A stretch of 51,109 nucleotides of DNA from an uncultured Collinsella sp. (GCA_900547855.1 URIK01000001.1:1-51109); one strand, 5' to 3'. Shown: positions 1-10,982, counted from the stretch's first letter. Made by a program: numbers and translations. Notes: a model not told the origin generated them from the sequence alone.

Positions 1-47
1 GAGATTCATGAGCGTCTCGTGGGCTCGGAGATGTGTATAAGAGACAG
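1..47 (+). other. Illumina Nextera i7 adapter remnant (technical artefact)
   Basis: GAGAT + 8-nt index TCATGAGC + GTCTCGTGGGCTCGG + mosaic end AGATGTGTATAAGAGACAG. Confidence 0.98.
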
Positions 48-458
<411 letters not shown>

Positions 459-614
459 GCGGATCCTTTCTTGCGTTCTATATGCATTACGTCGATGTAA
501 CTGCCCTATTGTAGCCGTGAAACCTCGCCATAGGGCACCTATCAGGACAAATTCATCAGTTGGGGTCTGGGTAGCCGGCTTAATCCGTATTTGCCTCTTG
601 CATAACTGTGCATA

Positions 615-648
615 GTGTATATATACTGTGCTTACCGGTTATATACAC
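615..648. promoter_or_regulatory. Candidate GntR/YtrA operator
   Basis: Inverted repeat GTGTATATA-N16-TATATACAC just upstream of the gntR RBS. Confidence 0.55.
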
Positions 649-675
649 GTGTAGCCCAACAGCTAAGGAGCCGCT

Positions 676-1056
676 GTGGACATTATCCTATCCAATTCGA
701 GCGACAAGCCCATCTACGAGCAGATATCCTCGCAGGTCAAAGCTCAAATCCTTTCGGGCACGCTCGCCGCGGGAGCCAAACTCCCCAGCATCCGCGCACT
801 CGCGAGCGACCTGGGCGTGAGCGTCATCACCACCAAGCGCGCCTACGCCGATCTGGAGCAGCTCGGGTTTATCTGTACCGTGCAGGGCAAGGGCTGCTTT
901 GTTGCCGACGGCAACAAAGAACTCTTGCGTGAAAACCAGCTCTGCCATATCGAAGAGCTGCTTACGCAGGCGGCAGAACAAGCCGAAGCCCTGGGCGTCA
1001 CGCGCGACAAACTGCACGAGATGCTCGACCTGGTAGCCCCCGAAACCATGCAGTAG
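676..1056 (+). CDS. GntR family (YtrA subfamily) transcriptional regulator
   Basis: PIYEQI...LPSIRALASDLGVSVITTKRAY wHTH; short C-terminus; AAGGAG RBS, GTG start. Confidence 0.92.
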   Translation: MDIILSNSSDKPIYEQISSQVKAQILSGTLAAGAKLPSIRALASDLGVSVITTKRAYADLEQLGFICTVQGKGCFVADGNKELLRENQLCHIEELLTQAAEQAEALGVTRDKLHEMLDLVAPETMQ

Positions 1057-1079
1057 CCATCTGCAAGAAAGGCTATACC

Positions 1080-1961
1080 ATGCAAAACTTGTTAGAACTC
1101 AAAGGTGTCTCACGCCGCATGAGCGACCGTTTTTTGCTGCGTGATGTCACGCTCGCCGTGGAGCCCGGCCAGATTGTTGGCTTTGTGGGCGCTAACGGTG
1201 CCGGCAAGACAACGACCATTCGCGCCGCGCTCGGGCTTATCAAGCTCGATGCCGGCGAGGTACGCCTGTTTGGGCAGCGCTGTGGCGCCGACGCGCCCGA
1301 TGGGTCGCAACGCCATCTACGCTCCCGCGTCGGTCTCGTCCTGGACACATGCCCCTTCCCTTCAACGCTCAAGGTGGGCCAGGTCGAGTCGCTCGTAGGC
1401 CCGGCGTACCCCACGTGGGACCGCGAAACGTTCGCCGGATTCATCAACCGATTTGGCCTCGATCCCAAGACAAAGGTCAAGGACCTCTCCCGCGGCATGG
1501 GCATGAAACTGCAGCTTGCCTGTGCACTCAGCCACAATGCCAAGCTGCTCGTTTTGGACGAAGCCACCGCGGGCCTCGATCCCATGGCACGCGAGGAACT
1601 GCTTGATGAGCTGCTTGCCTTTGTCGCCGACGGCCAGCACAGCGTGCTGCTCTCGAGCCACATTACGTCCGACCTCGATCGCACCGCTGATCGCGTCATC
1701 TGCATCGATAATGGCGCGATTATTTTTGACCTGCCGCGCGAGGACATTACCGACCGCGCCGGCATCGCCCACTGTACCCAAGCACAGGCTGCCGAGCTTA
1801 TGACTTGCGTCGAAGGCGCCCGTGCCGTCCACCACGCCTATAGCGTGGACGTGCTCGTGCCCAACCGTCGCGAAACGCTCGAGGCCTTCCCCGAGATTCC
1901 CTGCGATCGGGCAACCATTGATGACTATCTTCGCCTCATGCTGAAAGGAGCTTCGAAATGA
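1080..1961 (+). CDS. ABC transporter ATP-binding protein
   Basis: Walker A GANGAGKTT, signature LSRGM, Walker B LVLDE, H-loop SSH. Confidence 0.95.
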   Translation: MQNLLELKGVSRRMSDRFLLRDVTLAVEPGQIVGFVGANGAGKTTTIRAALGLIKLDAGEVRLFGQRCGADAPDGSQRHLRSRVGLVLDTCPFPSTLKVGQVESLVGPAYPTWDRETFAGFINRFGLDPKTKVKDLSRGMGMKLQLACALSHNAKLLVLDEATAGLDPMAREELLDELLAFVADGQHSVLLSSHITSDLDRTADRVICIDNGAIIFDLPREDITDRAGIAHCTQAQAAELMTCVEGARAVHHAYSVDVLVPNRRETLEAFPEIPCDRATIDDYLRLMLKGASK

Positions 1962-2656
1962 AACGCGCCTTTATGTCCGAGCTCGCCATCGCTCGCTCGC
2001 TTATCCCGAGCATTGCGGGCGTCGGCTTGTTCATCTTCGTCGTGTTGACCCTCGCCAACGCATCGGACGGTGACTCTGGCATGAGTGCTGGCGCCTGCGC
2101 GGTCAGTGCCATGTCGCCTATCATGGTCATGAACTCACTGGCTGGTTTCGACAATCAAAACGGTTGGGAGCGTTATCGGGCAACGCTGCCTCTCACGCGC
2201 AAAGACATTATTTGCGCACGCTACCTGTGCATCGTTGTCTTCTCGGCCATCATGGCCTGCGCCGCCGTGCTTTTGAACATCATCACCCTTCCGTTCTTCA
2301 ACAGCGCGGGCGTGACCTCGACAGGACAAACCGTCTTTGAGATCGCAATAGCCTCGGCAGCCTCGATGCTCATCTCCCTCATGATGGTGTTCTTGGCGCA
2401 GCCGCTGTTCTTTCGCTTTGGACACATGGAGGCGCTGCGCCTATCCGTTGGCCTGTTTGCCCTGCTCTGGTGCCTTGCCATTGCCGCGTTGAGCTCCTCC
2501 AACCCCATCAGCAACTGGCTCATGTCGATTGCCGGAGCGAATCCCGATCCTGCCGTTCTTGGCTGCCTGTGCGCAGGAATTGCCGTACTGGCCCTCGCGC
2601 TATGTGCAGTCAGCTGTACCGTCAGCACCAAGGTTTATCAAGTACGCGATCTGTAG
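1958..2656 (+). CDS. ABC-2 type transporter permease
   Basis: About 6 hydrophobic segments, TLPLTRKDIICARY motif, ATGA overlap with the ATPase gene. Confidence 0.85.
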   Translation: MKRAFMSELAIARSLIPSIAGVGLFIFVVLTLANASDGDSGMSAGACAVSAMSPIMVMNSLAGFDNQNGWERYRATLPLTRKDIICARYLCIVVFSAIMACAAVLLNIITLPFFNSAGVTSTGQTVFEIAIASAASMLISLMMVFLAQPLFFRFGHMEALRLSVGLFALLWCLAIAALSSSNPISNWLMSIAGANPDPAVLGCLCAGIAVLALALCAVSCTVSTKVYQVRDL

Positions 2657-2751
2657 GCACGCGAAACTCGACCTATGCAGGCCACTATCGGTCGCAATCG
2701 CCCATCCGCAAATCCGTGACAAACGGCATGTCCCCGGCGTGCGTCACCGTG

Positions 2752-4056
2752 CTACTTGCGCAGCGGCTTGGGCAGTGGAATGCCGGCGGCGATAACGGCG
2801 GCGATGATCATGCAGACAATGCCCTTGAGCGGGAAACACATAAGCAGCAGGCCCACGACCATGACCGGCTGGCGCATGACGGCGCCCATCGTCGATGCCG
2901 TGCAGACGGCGACGCAAAAGACCGGATCTGCGCCGGTGAGGATGGCAAGGCCATAGCCCAGGCTTACGCCCGAGAAGATAACCGGGAAGAAGTGACCGCC
3001 GCGCCAGCCCAAGTTGATAAGAGCGGGGGTCAGCATGGCCTTGACCAGACCGGTCAAAATAAGCACGCCGGCGGGGATGGTCAGATAGGTTTCCATGAGC
3101 ACGTCGGCCTGGGTCTCGCCGGCAAACATGGTGTAGGGCAGGACCGTGCCGCAGATGGCGAGCGTCAGACCGGCCAGCATGGCTTTGACGACAGGGCGCG
3201 CCCCTATTGCATGGGCAAGCGCTTCGCTCGCGTGCTCAGAGACAAAGTACAGCCAGCCGCAGATTGTTCCGATCAGCGACAGAGGAATGAGCCAGGTAAG
3301 CTCCAGGTTGCCCACCACGGCAGCCTCGAACCTCGGCATGCCCATGCCGCCGCCCACAAGCTGGCCGAGCAGCAGGTAGGTGCCCAGACCGCCGGCAATC
3401 GCAATGCCGTAGACCACCGTCTTTTGCGCCTTGGGCAGCTTGATGGTGATCTCGCCGGACGCGGACTCATCGTCGGCGTCTTCGCCCTGGCCGTCAGTAC
3501 TTCCGGCAAGCGGCGCCACAAAGCCAAACACGGGCGCGGTAAAGAGCGCCGTCAGAGCAGCCTGGGTGCCCAGCAGCGTAAGCTCCCTAAACTCGGCACC
3601 AAAGCGGCGCATGCGGTCGCCGACCCAGCTGCACAGGCCCGCGATGACGCCGGTCAGACCGGCTTCCGGTCCAATACTTCCGCCAAACAGCAACGGCAGC
3701 AGCGCCGCAATCGACAGCTTGCCCAGATTGTCGTACGGGTAGCGACCGTCTTGCTTGACCTTGGTCATGACCTGGTTGAGGTCGTCGGTCTTGACGCCCG
3801 TCATCTTTTCGTACAGGCCAATCACCAAGCCGCCCAGCAGGCAGACAAAAAACGGGTACGGCAAAAAGCCAAACGGACCGCTGGCGAGTTCGGGCGAAGA
3901 GACGCCCAGCATATGCGGGACCTCGGTCCACAAATAATCAATGCCGTGCTCCATCGCAAAAAAGAACAGCCAGACCGCGGCACCTGCGAACGCACCGGTC
4001 ACGGCAACGCTAACTAAAAACAGCGCGCGGTTTGTGGGTTTGGCAAGGTTATCCAT
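2752..4056 (-). CDS. ClC family chloride channel/transporter
   Basis: Highly hydrophobic; GGSIGPEA and GGHFFP motifs resemble ClC G(K/R)EGP and GxFxP. Confidence 0.85.
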   Translation of the reverse strand: MDNLAKPTNRALFLVSVAVTGAFAGAAVWLFFFAMEHGIDYLWTEVPHMLGVSSPELASGPFGFLPYPFFVCLLGGLVIGLYEKMTGVKTDDLNQVMTKVKQDGRYPYDNLGKLSIAALLPLLFGGSIGPEAGLTGVIAGLCSWVGDRMRRFGAEFRELTLLGTQAALTALFTAPVFGFVAPLAGSTDGQGEDADDESASGEITIKLPKAQKTVVYGIAIAGGLGTYLLLGQLVGGGMGMPRFEAAVVGNLELTWLIPLSLIGTICGWLYFVSEHASEALAHAIGARPVVKAMLAGLTLAICGTVLPYTMFAGETQADVLMETYLTIPAGVLILTGLVKAMLTPALINLGWRGGHFFPVIFSGVSLGYGLAILTGADPVFCVAVCTASTMGAVMRQPVMVVGLLLMCFPLKGIVCMIIAAVIAAGIPLPKPLRK

Positions 4057-4181
4057 CGGGTCCTCCCGCGGTCAAAGTCGACATAGATACGTTTTATTGT
4101 AGAGCGAGTGTGGCCCAGACAAGCCAACCGTCTGCGCCGCAAACGGCACCATTGGGAGCCATAGTGGGGCAGGCTCAAGGC

Positions 4182-4715
4182 TTATCCGTTGATAATCGAG
4201 GCAATCTCGCGCAAATCGTCGGCAAAGTAGATGCCGTGCTGGCGCTTCAGGCTCGAAAGCCCCTTATCAATCATGTGCCCGAGCAGCGCCTTGAGGTCGT
4301 TGTAGTAACCGTTCAGGTTGTACAAAATGCACGGCGCATCGAGATGCCCCAACGACACCGCGGACATGACCTCGGCAATCTCCTCGAGTGTGCCCGTCCC
4401 ACCGGGAAAGGCGATGAACGCATCGCCGAGCTCAATCATCTTGGCCTTGCGCTCGGCCATATCGCTCGTCACGATAAGGTCGTCGATACCGTCATGCTGA
4501 AACTCGGCCTCGATAAAAAAGCTCGGCTCAACACCCGTCACATGTCCACCTGCCTCGAGCACGCTATCGGCGAGCGCACCCATCAGGCCCGACTTGGACC
4601 CGCCGTATACCAGCGCGTGTCCGTTGGAGCCAATCCAGTTGCCCAGCTCCTGCAGCGCGGGCAGAAACGCTGGGTCGTTACCAACGCTGGCACCCAGATA
4701 CACGGTGATATTCAT
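4182..4715 (-). CDS. LOG family (TIGR00730-type) nucleotide monophosphate phosphoribohydrolase
   Basis: VYGG..GLMG, MAERK, PGGTGTLEE (PGGxGTxxE). Confidence 0.92.
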   Translation of the reverse strand: MNITVYLGASVGNDPAFLPALQELGNWIGSNGHALVYGGSKSGLMGALADSVLEAGGHVTGVEPSFFIEAEFQHDGIDDLIVTSDMAERKAKMIELGDAFIAFPGGTGTLEEIAEVMSAVSLGHLDAPCILYNLNGYYNDLKALLGHMIDKGLSSLKRQHGIYFADDLREIASIING

Positions 4716-4750
4716 ATTCAGTCCCCCAATCGTGACGCGCGGCGCCCGTT

Positions 4751-5176
4751 CTAGCGTTGGCGGCGGCGATATTCGCGCACGCGACGCGACAGGTCGGCGA
4801 GCTCGTCGCGATCGAGCTCTTCCAAATGCTCCAGATCGTCCATAAAGCGTGCCATGGTGTCCTTTTGGCGCAGCTTGATAAGCGTATTGCAGTAGTTCAC
4901 CGCCACGCCCGTGAGCATGGCGATATAGAAGATACTGATGACGCTTAGGATGACGGTAATGCCGCGGGCAACCGGCGTTTCTGCCGGGATATCGCCAAAG
5001 CCGATCGTCGAGACCGTCTCAAAGCTAAACCACAGGCCATCGCCAAACGTAAGGGTCGTTGGCTCGGACAGCCAGACGGCCGTCGAGCACAGCAGGTAAA
5101 AGATAAGAAACAGACCCGTGATGCGCGCAAAGCCAGCCTGTCGCAACACATCGGCAAGCGTCTTGAGCTTTTTCAT
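4751..5176 (-). CDS. Two-TM potassium channel family protein
   Basis: Pore signature STIGFGD between two TM helices; start set at MKKLK behind a GAAGG RBS. Confidence 0.88.
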   Translation of the reverse strand: MKKLKTLADVLRQAGFARITGLFLIFYLLCSTAVWLSEPTTLTFGDGLWFSFETVSTIGFGDIPAETPVARGITVILSVISIFYIAMLTGVAVNYCNTLIKLRQKDTMARFMDDLEHLEELDRDELADLSRRVREYRRRQR

Positions 5177-5247
5177 CGCGAACCCTTCCACGGACAACCG
5201 ATCACGTTCGCTCGGTATTGTCCCACGCCTCCCCCGCAAACGAAACT

Positions 5248-5301
5248 AGTCATTGGGGACGTTTTTAAATGACTAGTCAAACAAGAACGTCCCCAATGAC
5301 T
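5248..5301. repeat. REP-like palindrome, family A, copy 1
   Basis: AGTCATTGGGGACGTT...AACGTCCCCAATGACT; related copy at 16515-16570. Confidence 0.75.
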
Positions 5302-5387
5302 GCCGGGCGGGACCGTTTAGCGGTGCAGCTGCCGACTGGGCAGGCTGAGCTGGTATCCTTATGCGGTAATGTCTCGATTCGTTAGGA

Positions 5388-8198
5388 TTGCATGTGAGAG
5401 CTGCCACTGTCCTTCGTTCAGTTATATATCGCACCCTGGCCGTCGCGCTTGCCGCGCTCGCCGTACTGAACACCATCATGCCCGCCCCCGCCTATGCCGC
5501 CAATACCGATCAGCAAGTCAAGACGGTCCGCGTCGGCTGGCTCGTCAGCAACGAGGGCTTCCAGGACGGCACCCCCGGCGAGCGTCTCTCGGGATGGGGT
5601 TACGAGTACCTCCAGACCCTGTCGTACTACACGTCCGGCTGGCGGTACGAATACGTCTCCGGCACCTTCACCGAGCTTATGGACATGCTCGAGGCAGGCG
5701 AGATCGACCTCATGCCCAACATCTCCTACTCCGAGGAACGTGCCCAAAAGCTGCTCTTTTCCTCGAACCCCGAGGGCACCGAGCGCTACTACATCTACGC
5801 CAGGCCCGACCGTGACGACCTTGCAAAGGGTGACCCTCAAGCACTCCAGGGTCTCACTATCGGTTGCAACCCCGACGTCATGCAAACCTTCGTTGGCCAG
5901 CAATGGCTCGCCAGCGAAGGAATCGCCTGCACATACAAGGAGTATGACGGAGGATCCGATCTCTTTGACGCGCTCGCAAACGACGAAGTCGATGCCGTCA
6001 TCATGAACGACACAATCTCGTCGCCCAATGCCTCCCCCATGTTCTACATTGGTTCGAACGACTACTACTTTGCCGTTCCCAAAAGCCGCCCCGACCTGAT
6101 GGACGACATCAATGCTGCCATGACGGCAATCGCCCGCGTCAACCCACGCTATAACGACGAAGTAAAATCTCACTACTCGACCCAAAACAGCGGCTCATCA
6201 TCGCTCAACGGCCCCGAACGTTCCTGGCTCAAAGCAAATGACAACACCATCACGCTCGGCTACATTACGGGCAAACTCCCCTACTGCAACGAGGACGAAG
6301 ACGGCGAAATGGAAGGCTCGCTCGCATCGCTTGCGACGACGCTACACGATAAATTTGGCATTACGGTCAAAACCGTCGCCTTTGATAGCTACAAGATGAT
6401 GTCAAAGGCCCTGTCAAAGGGAAGCATAGACGTTGCGCTGCCGGTATACCGAGATTACTGGTTTGCCGAGCAAACAGGCGTTGTGCAGTCGATATCGTTG
6501 GGGACCATATCCCTCACCGCCATCCACACCGGCAGCAACCTGAACAAAGACCTTCAGAACATCGCCTGTACCAAATCATCGTTTGTCAACAAAAATGCAC
6601 TTGAAAGTCTGTTCCCCACAGCGACCGTAACCGAATACCAATCCGACGACGAAGCGTTCGACGCCCTCAGGAAGGGAACGGCGCACTGCATCGTCGCTCC
6701 CAGTTCACGCGTAAAAACCATCGGTGACCGTTACGATCTCGAGGACTGCGAGACGACCGAGCTCCCTGACACCTGTGAGATCTCGTGCTGGATTTCGCGC
6801 GGAAAACCCGAGCTGTTGGGAATCATCAACAAGGGCATCATCAATGCCGGAGAATCGCTCTCCGCAAGCAATTTCTCCTCCACGTCGTACACGGCCCAGG
6901 AATCCAACACGCTTCAATTCCTTTATCGCAACCACACCGCCATTGCAGCTACCCTCATCGGTATGTTGTCGGTCGGCATCGTCCTGCTCATCTGGGCGCT
7001 CGTGCGCGCTCGAACCGAGCGCAAAAAAGGCGACGCCGCCAACGCCGCTAAGACGGCATTCCTCACGCGCATGAGCCACGACATCCGTACGCCGCTCAAC
7101 GGTATCCTGGGCCTTATCGAGATCGAGGAATTGAAGGAAGGCGATATGCAAGTCGCCCGCGAGAGCCGTGCCAAGGCGCGCGTTGCCGCCAATCACCTGC
7201 TCTCGCTGATCAACGACATCCTCGAGATGGGCAAAATCGAAGACCGCAAGCTAACACTGGAGCATGCGCCTTTTAACCTCAAAGAGCTCTGTGACGATAC
7301 GCTAGTGCTGTGCAAGCTCCGCGCGTCCAGTAACGGCATCACAATGCAGGACAATAGTCTGCCGTACGCCACGGGGCCATACATGATCGGCAGTCCCACC
7401 CATATCCGACAGATCATGATCAACCTGTTAGACAACAGCATTAAGTACAACAAGCACGGCGGCTCCGTCACCTTTAGTTCAAAGACCAAGCCACTCGATA
7501 ACGGGCGCGCGCTCTTTTGCTTTAGCGTTTCGGATACCGGCATTGGCATGGCTCCCGAGTTTTTAAAGCATATCTATGAGCCGTTTGCCCAAGAAGGTGA
7601 CGATGCGCGCAGCAAGTTCCAAGGAACCGGCATGGGCATGCCAATCGTCAAGTCGCTTATTGAACTGATGGGCGGTACGATTGAGATTTCGAGTGAGGTT
7701 GGCGTGGGGAGTACGTTCAACGTCCAGATTCCGCTCGATATCGACAAGAACCCTCAGGCGCGGGCAGATACGGTCGAGGGGGTGCTCGACTGCTCGCTCG
7801 CCGACATGAACGTGTTGCTCGCCGAAGACAACGAATTGAATGCCGAGATTGCCCAGACGCTGCTAGAATCCGAGGGCGTCGTGGTCACCCGCGCCGTCAA
7901 CGGCAACGAAGTCGTCGATCTGTACCTATCGCATCCCGCCGGCAGCTTCGATGCGATCCTGATGGACATTATGATGCCGGACATGGACGGCTACGAGGCA
8001 ACCCGCGCGATTCGTCTGAGCGAGAAAGTCGATGCAGCCGATATCCCCATCATCGCGCTCACCGCCAATGCCTTTGCCGAGGACGCCAAGGCGGCACACG
8101 ACGCCGGTATGAACGCCCATCTGTCCAAACCGCTCGACTTTAACAAGCTCAAAAACATACTCGCCCGCATCAAGAAAAACGGATCCGTTTCGCTATAG
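5388..8198 (+). CDS. Hybrid sensor histidine kinase/receiver with fused extracytoplasmic substrate-binding domains
   Basis: N-terminal signal/TM, SBP-like region, TM, H-box MSHDIRTPLNG, N-box NLLDNSIKY, DTGIGM, GTGMG, receiver LMDIMMP. Confidence 0.93.
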   Translation: MHVRAATVLRSVIYRTLAVALAALAVLNTIMPAPAYAANTDQQVKTVRVGWLVSNEGFQDGTPGERLSGWGYEYLQTLSYYTSGWRYEYVSGTFTELMDMLEAGEIDLMPNISYSEERAQKLLFSSNPEGTERYYIYARPDRDDLAKGDPQALQGLTIGCNPDVMQTFVGQQWLASEGIACTYKEYDGGSDLFDALANDEVDAVIMNDTISSPNASPMFYIGSNDYYFAVPKSRPDLMDDINAAMTAIARVNPRYNDEVKSHYSTQNSGSSSLNGPERSWLKANDNTITLGYITGKLPYCNEDEDGEMEGSLASLATTLHDKFGITVKTVAFDSYKMMSKALSKGSIDVALPVYRDYWFAEQTGVVQSISLGTISLTAIHTGSNLNKDLQNIACTKSSFVNKNALESLFPTATVTEYQSDDEAFDALRKGTAHCIVAPSSRVKTIGDRYDLEDCETTELPDTCEISCWISRGKPELLGIINKGIINAGESLSASNFSSTSYTAQESNTLQFLYRNHTAIAATLIGMLSVGIVLLIWALVRARTERKKGDAANAAKTAFLTRMSHDIRTPLNGILGLIEIEELKEGDMQVARESRAKARVAANHLLSLINDILEMGKIEDRKLTLEHAPFNLKELCDDTLVLCKLRASSNGITMQDNSLPYATGPYMIGSPTHIRQIMINLLDNSIKYNKHGGSVTFSSKTKPLDNGRALFCFSVSDTGIGMAPEFLKHIYEPFAQEGDDARSKFQGTGMGMPIVKSLIELMGGTIEISSEVGVGSTFNVQIPLDIDKNPQARADTVEGVLDCSLADMNVLLAEDNELNAEIAQTLLESEGVVVTRAVNGNEVVDLYLSHPAGSFDAILMDIMMPDMDGYEATRAIRLSEKVDAADIPIIALTANAFAEDAKAAHDAGMNAHLSKPLDFNKLKNILARIKKNGSVSL

Positions 8199-8240
8199 TT
8201 TGTGCTCAACCACTACGCACGACCAGAAAGGAAGCCAACG

Positions 8241-8720
8241 ATGTTTAGGCCCTTACGTCGAAAGAAACGCGCTATCACCGACGAGGAAGCGCGCAAACTG
8301 CTCGCCACCTGCAAGCGCGGCGTCTTTGCCGTCAACGGCGACGATGGCTACCCGTACGCCATTCCCGTCAACTACTTCTTTGACGCCGAGCACGACAAGA
8401 TCTATTTCCATGGCGCCAAAGCCGGCCACAAGGTCGACGCACTCAAGCGCGATGACAAGGTCTGCTTTACCGTATACGGCAACGAGTGGTACCAGGACGG
8501 CGACTGGGCTCCCTACGTTATGAGCACCGTGGTCTTTGGCCGCTGTCGCCTGGCGAATGACACCCCCGCGTTTATCGAGGACAAAGTCCGCCAGCTCGCC
8601 CTTAAGTACTACCCTTCCGCCGAGGAAGTCGAAGAGGAAATCGCCAAGGACATTAAGGGCGTCCAGCTCTACGAGATTACGATTGAGCATCTCTGCGGCA
8701 AGCAGATTCAGGAAAAGTAA
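8241..8720 (+). CDS. Pyridoxamine 5'-phosphate oxidase-like (NimA-like) flavin-binding protein
   Basis: MFRPLRRKKR, GYPYAIPVNY, IYFHGAKAGHK, KVCFTV; AAAGGA RBS before ATG 8241. Confidence 0.85.
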   Translation: MFRPLRRKKRAITDEEARKLLATCKRGVFAVNGDDGYPYAIPVNYFFDAEHDKIYFHGAKAGHKVDALKRDDKVCFTVYGNEWYQDGDWAPYVMSTVVFGRCRLANDTPAFIEDKVRQLALKYYPSAEEVEEEIAKDIKGVQLYEITIEHLCGKQIQEK

Positions 8721-8747
8721 GCCCCTCAGCAGGCCTCATCAATAACA

Positions 8748-8787
8748 ATATGGCCTGGTTCCAACCCACCTTGGAACCAGGCCATAT
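8748..8787. terminator. Hairpin between convergent genes (probable bidirectional terminator)
   Basis: Perfect 17-bp stem ATATGGCCTGGTTCCAA / TTGGAACCAGGCCATAT. Confidence 0.75.
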
Positions 8788-8789
8788 GC

Positions 8790-10982
8790 TTATAGAGCGT
8801 CGACGGCTATGTGCGCAAGCGCCTCAATGAGCTCCTGCGAGCTCACGGGTTTACTCAGGTGCGCGTCCATGCCCGCCTCGCGCGAAAGCCTGCGGTCGTC
8901 GGCAAAGGCGTTGGCGCTCACGGCGATAATCGGCGTGGTCGCGGCATCCTCGCGATCGAGTGCTCGAATCTGACGTGTGGCCTCAAGGCCATCGATGCCC
9001 GGCATCATGATGTCCATCAACACCACGTCGTACTCGTGCGGCACGCTCGCGGCAAACATCTCGACGGCAGACTCACCATCCTTAGCATGCGTCACGATGG
9101 CACCGGCACGGCTGAGCGTAAACTGCGCGATCTCGGCATTCAGATCGTTATCCTCTACGAGCAAAACGCGCAAGCCTTGGAGCGCATCGCCGTCTCCCGC
9201 ATCCGCGGGAACTGCCTGAGGAATCTCGGAGCGGTCGCACTTCTCGAACGGCAGGCGAATGGTAAACGTCGTCCCCTGCCCCAAGACACTCGTAAAGCTC
9301 ATGGTTCCGCCCATAAGCTCGACCAGCTGTTTTGCGATAGGCGCGCCCAGGCCAGTTCCCGATGAGGCACCTTCCACCTGCTGTTCCTCGCGACAAAACG
9401 GCTCGTAGAGGTGCTGTTGGAACTCCTCGCTCATGCCAATACCGTTATCGGCGATCGTGTATTCATAGACAGGGACGCCATCTACTGGCTCCACCTCGCG
9501 GCACACCAGGCGAACATAGCCGCCCTGGCGGTTGTACTTGACGGCATTGCCGGCAATATTGAGCAACAAGCGCTTGAGGTGCGTCACGCTCACCCGCGTA
9601 TAGGGATGATCAAGCGTCTGCTGGTCGCAGATAATTGTCACCAGACGCTCCTCGGCCTGGCGCTCCAGAATATCGCGCACCTCGTGGTTGAGGGTCACCA
9701 AGTTTGTGGGAACAAGCTCCAGATCGATCTGCCCGCTCTCCAGGCGACTCATATCTAGGGCCTCGTTGGCAAGGTCGAGCAGCAGTCCCGATGCCGTCCA
9801 GATCTTTGAGCGGCACTCGGTCTGCTTTTGCAGATCGTCCGCATTGGCATCGCCGACCTCGACCATGCCGCGAATGCCGTTGATGGGCGTGCGCAGATCG
9901 TGGCTCATGCGACGCAAAAACTCCGTCTTTGCCGAGTTGGCAGATGAAGCCTCACGCGCTGCCTTAGCCAGTCTGTCACCATAGTCGCGCTCCTGCTGCA
10001 GCAAGTCCGTCAAACGTCGACGATCAGCGCGGCGGCGCACCATCACAACAACGGCTATAACACCGCTGTAGAGCACCAGCACGCCGGCAGCAACAGCTGC
10101 GACGACCTCAAAGTAGCGCTGTGCCGAGGCATAGGTGTACACGTAGAACCCGCGCGCTTTTCCAAATGTGCCCAAATACCACTCGCCGCTGGCGTTGACC
10201 AGTCGGACTTTGCCGGGCAGGCATCGATCCTTAATACCGTCGACAATAAAGACATCCGTTGCAGGCAGATTGAATACGCCCAATATGGTGGGTTCAACGG
10301 CATTGGTCGCAACGACCTTGCCATCGCTTTCGATCACGATATTGCCACTGTCGATGGTCTCATAACCACCGAGCAAGCTCTGCAGTTTGAGCGTATTGCT
10401 TGCAACTGCCTTCGCGCTCTGATGCCTGACCGCGATAACGATGCCCTCGCCATCTTGCCGGGTCACGCAACCAATGTCTGCAACCGAATCATCCGAAAGC
10501 GTAATGCGGGCGGTATAGGACTTAAGCGGATGGGCTGCCACCTCCAGCACGGGTGCTTCCTTGAGATACGCAGCGAGCGACTCGTAGCCCACGCCATCCG
10601 TCGAGGACTCGGACACCAAATTGCCCGATGCGTCCGTCACGATCAGTGCGCTCACGTTGAACTGGTCGGCATATTGCTCCAGCATGGCGTTATCCACCGA
10701 ACCGTCGCGCTCCATATCGCGCGCTGTCTCTCCTGCGATCTCCATAACGCGAATCAGGTTTTTGGTCGTATAGGCGCTATTGAACGCATCGTATGAAAGG
10801 CTCTGCGTCGCCACGTAATCGACAACGTCGGCAAAACGCTGCTCGGCTTGGGCCGTCGTGTAACCGTAGCTCATCATGCCGGCAACAACCGAGAGCGCTA
10901 TCCCCAGCAGAGCGACAAGGAGCCATGCCCCTGTCGAACGATTGCCCCGCTCCTCTACGGCGTGGTCGGGTGCATCGATCAT
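8790..10982 (-). CDS. Hybrid sensor histidine kinase/receiver
   Basis: Two TMs, MSHDLRTPING, NIAGNAVKY, DNGIGM, GTGLG, receiver LMDIMMP. Confidence 0.93.
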   Translation of the reverse strand: MIDAPDHAVEERGNRSTGAWLLVALLGIALSVVAGMMSYGYTTAQAEQRFADVVDYVATQSLSYDAFNSAYTTKNLIRVMEIAGETARDMERDGSVDNAMLEQYADQFNVSALIVTDASGNLVSESSTDGVGYESLAAYLKEAPVLEVAAHPLKSYTARITLSDDSVADIGCVTRQDGEGIVIAVRHQSAKAVASNTLKLQSLLGGYETIDSGNIVIESDGKVVATNAVEPTILGVFNLPATDVFIVDGIKDRCLPGKVRLVNASGEWYLGTFGKARGFYVYTYASAQRYFEVVAAVAAGVLVLYSGVIAVVVMVRRRADRRRLTDLLQQERDYGDRLAKAAREASSANSAKTEFLRRMSHDLRTPINGIRGMVEVGDANADDLQKQTECRSKIWTASGLLLDLANEALDMSRLESGQIDLELVPTNLVTLNHEVRDILERQAEERLVTIICDQQTLDHPYTRVSVTHLKRLLLNIAGNAVKYNRQGGYVRLVCREVEPVDGVPVYEYTIADNGIGMSEEFQQHLYEPFCREEQQVEGASSGTGLGAPIAKQLVELMGGTMSFTSVLGQGTTFTIRLPFEKCDRSEIPQAVPADAGDGDALQGLRVLLVEDNDLNAEIAQFTLSRAGAIVTHAKDGESAVEMFAASVPHEYDVVLMDIMMPGIDGLEATRQIRALDREDAATTPIIAVSANAFADDRRLSREAGMDAHLSKPVSSQELIEALAHIAVDAL

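Noticed and set aside
29..47. Tn5 mosaic ends at both termini suggesting a 51-kb composite transposon
   Set aside because: They sit inside complete Nextera primer and index sequences, so they are a library artefact.
2470..4017. Long antisense ORFs (e.g. 2470-4017, 11915-13297, 19199-20353, 25436-26809, 34292-36064)
   Set aside because: They are shadows of well-supported opposite-strand genes, expected in GC-rich DNA, and have no motifs.
2752..4056. Fluoride-exporting ClC-F with a fluoride riboswitch
   Set aside because: The GNNLI, GREGT and GEVTP signatures are absent and I saw no riboswitch upstream.
8241..8720. nim metronidazole-resistance gene
   Set aside because: Only fold-level similarity to a widespread flavin-binding family; resistance cannot be inferred.
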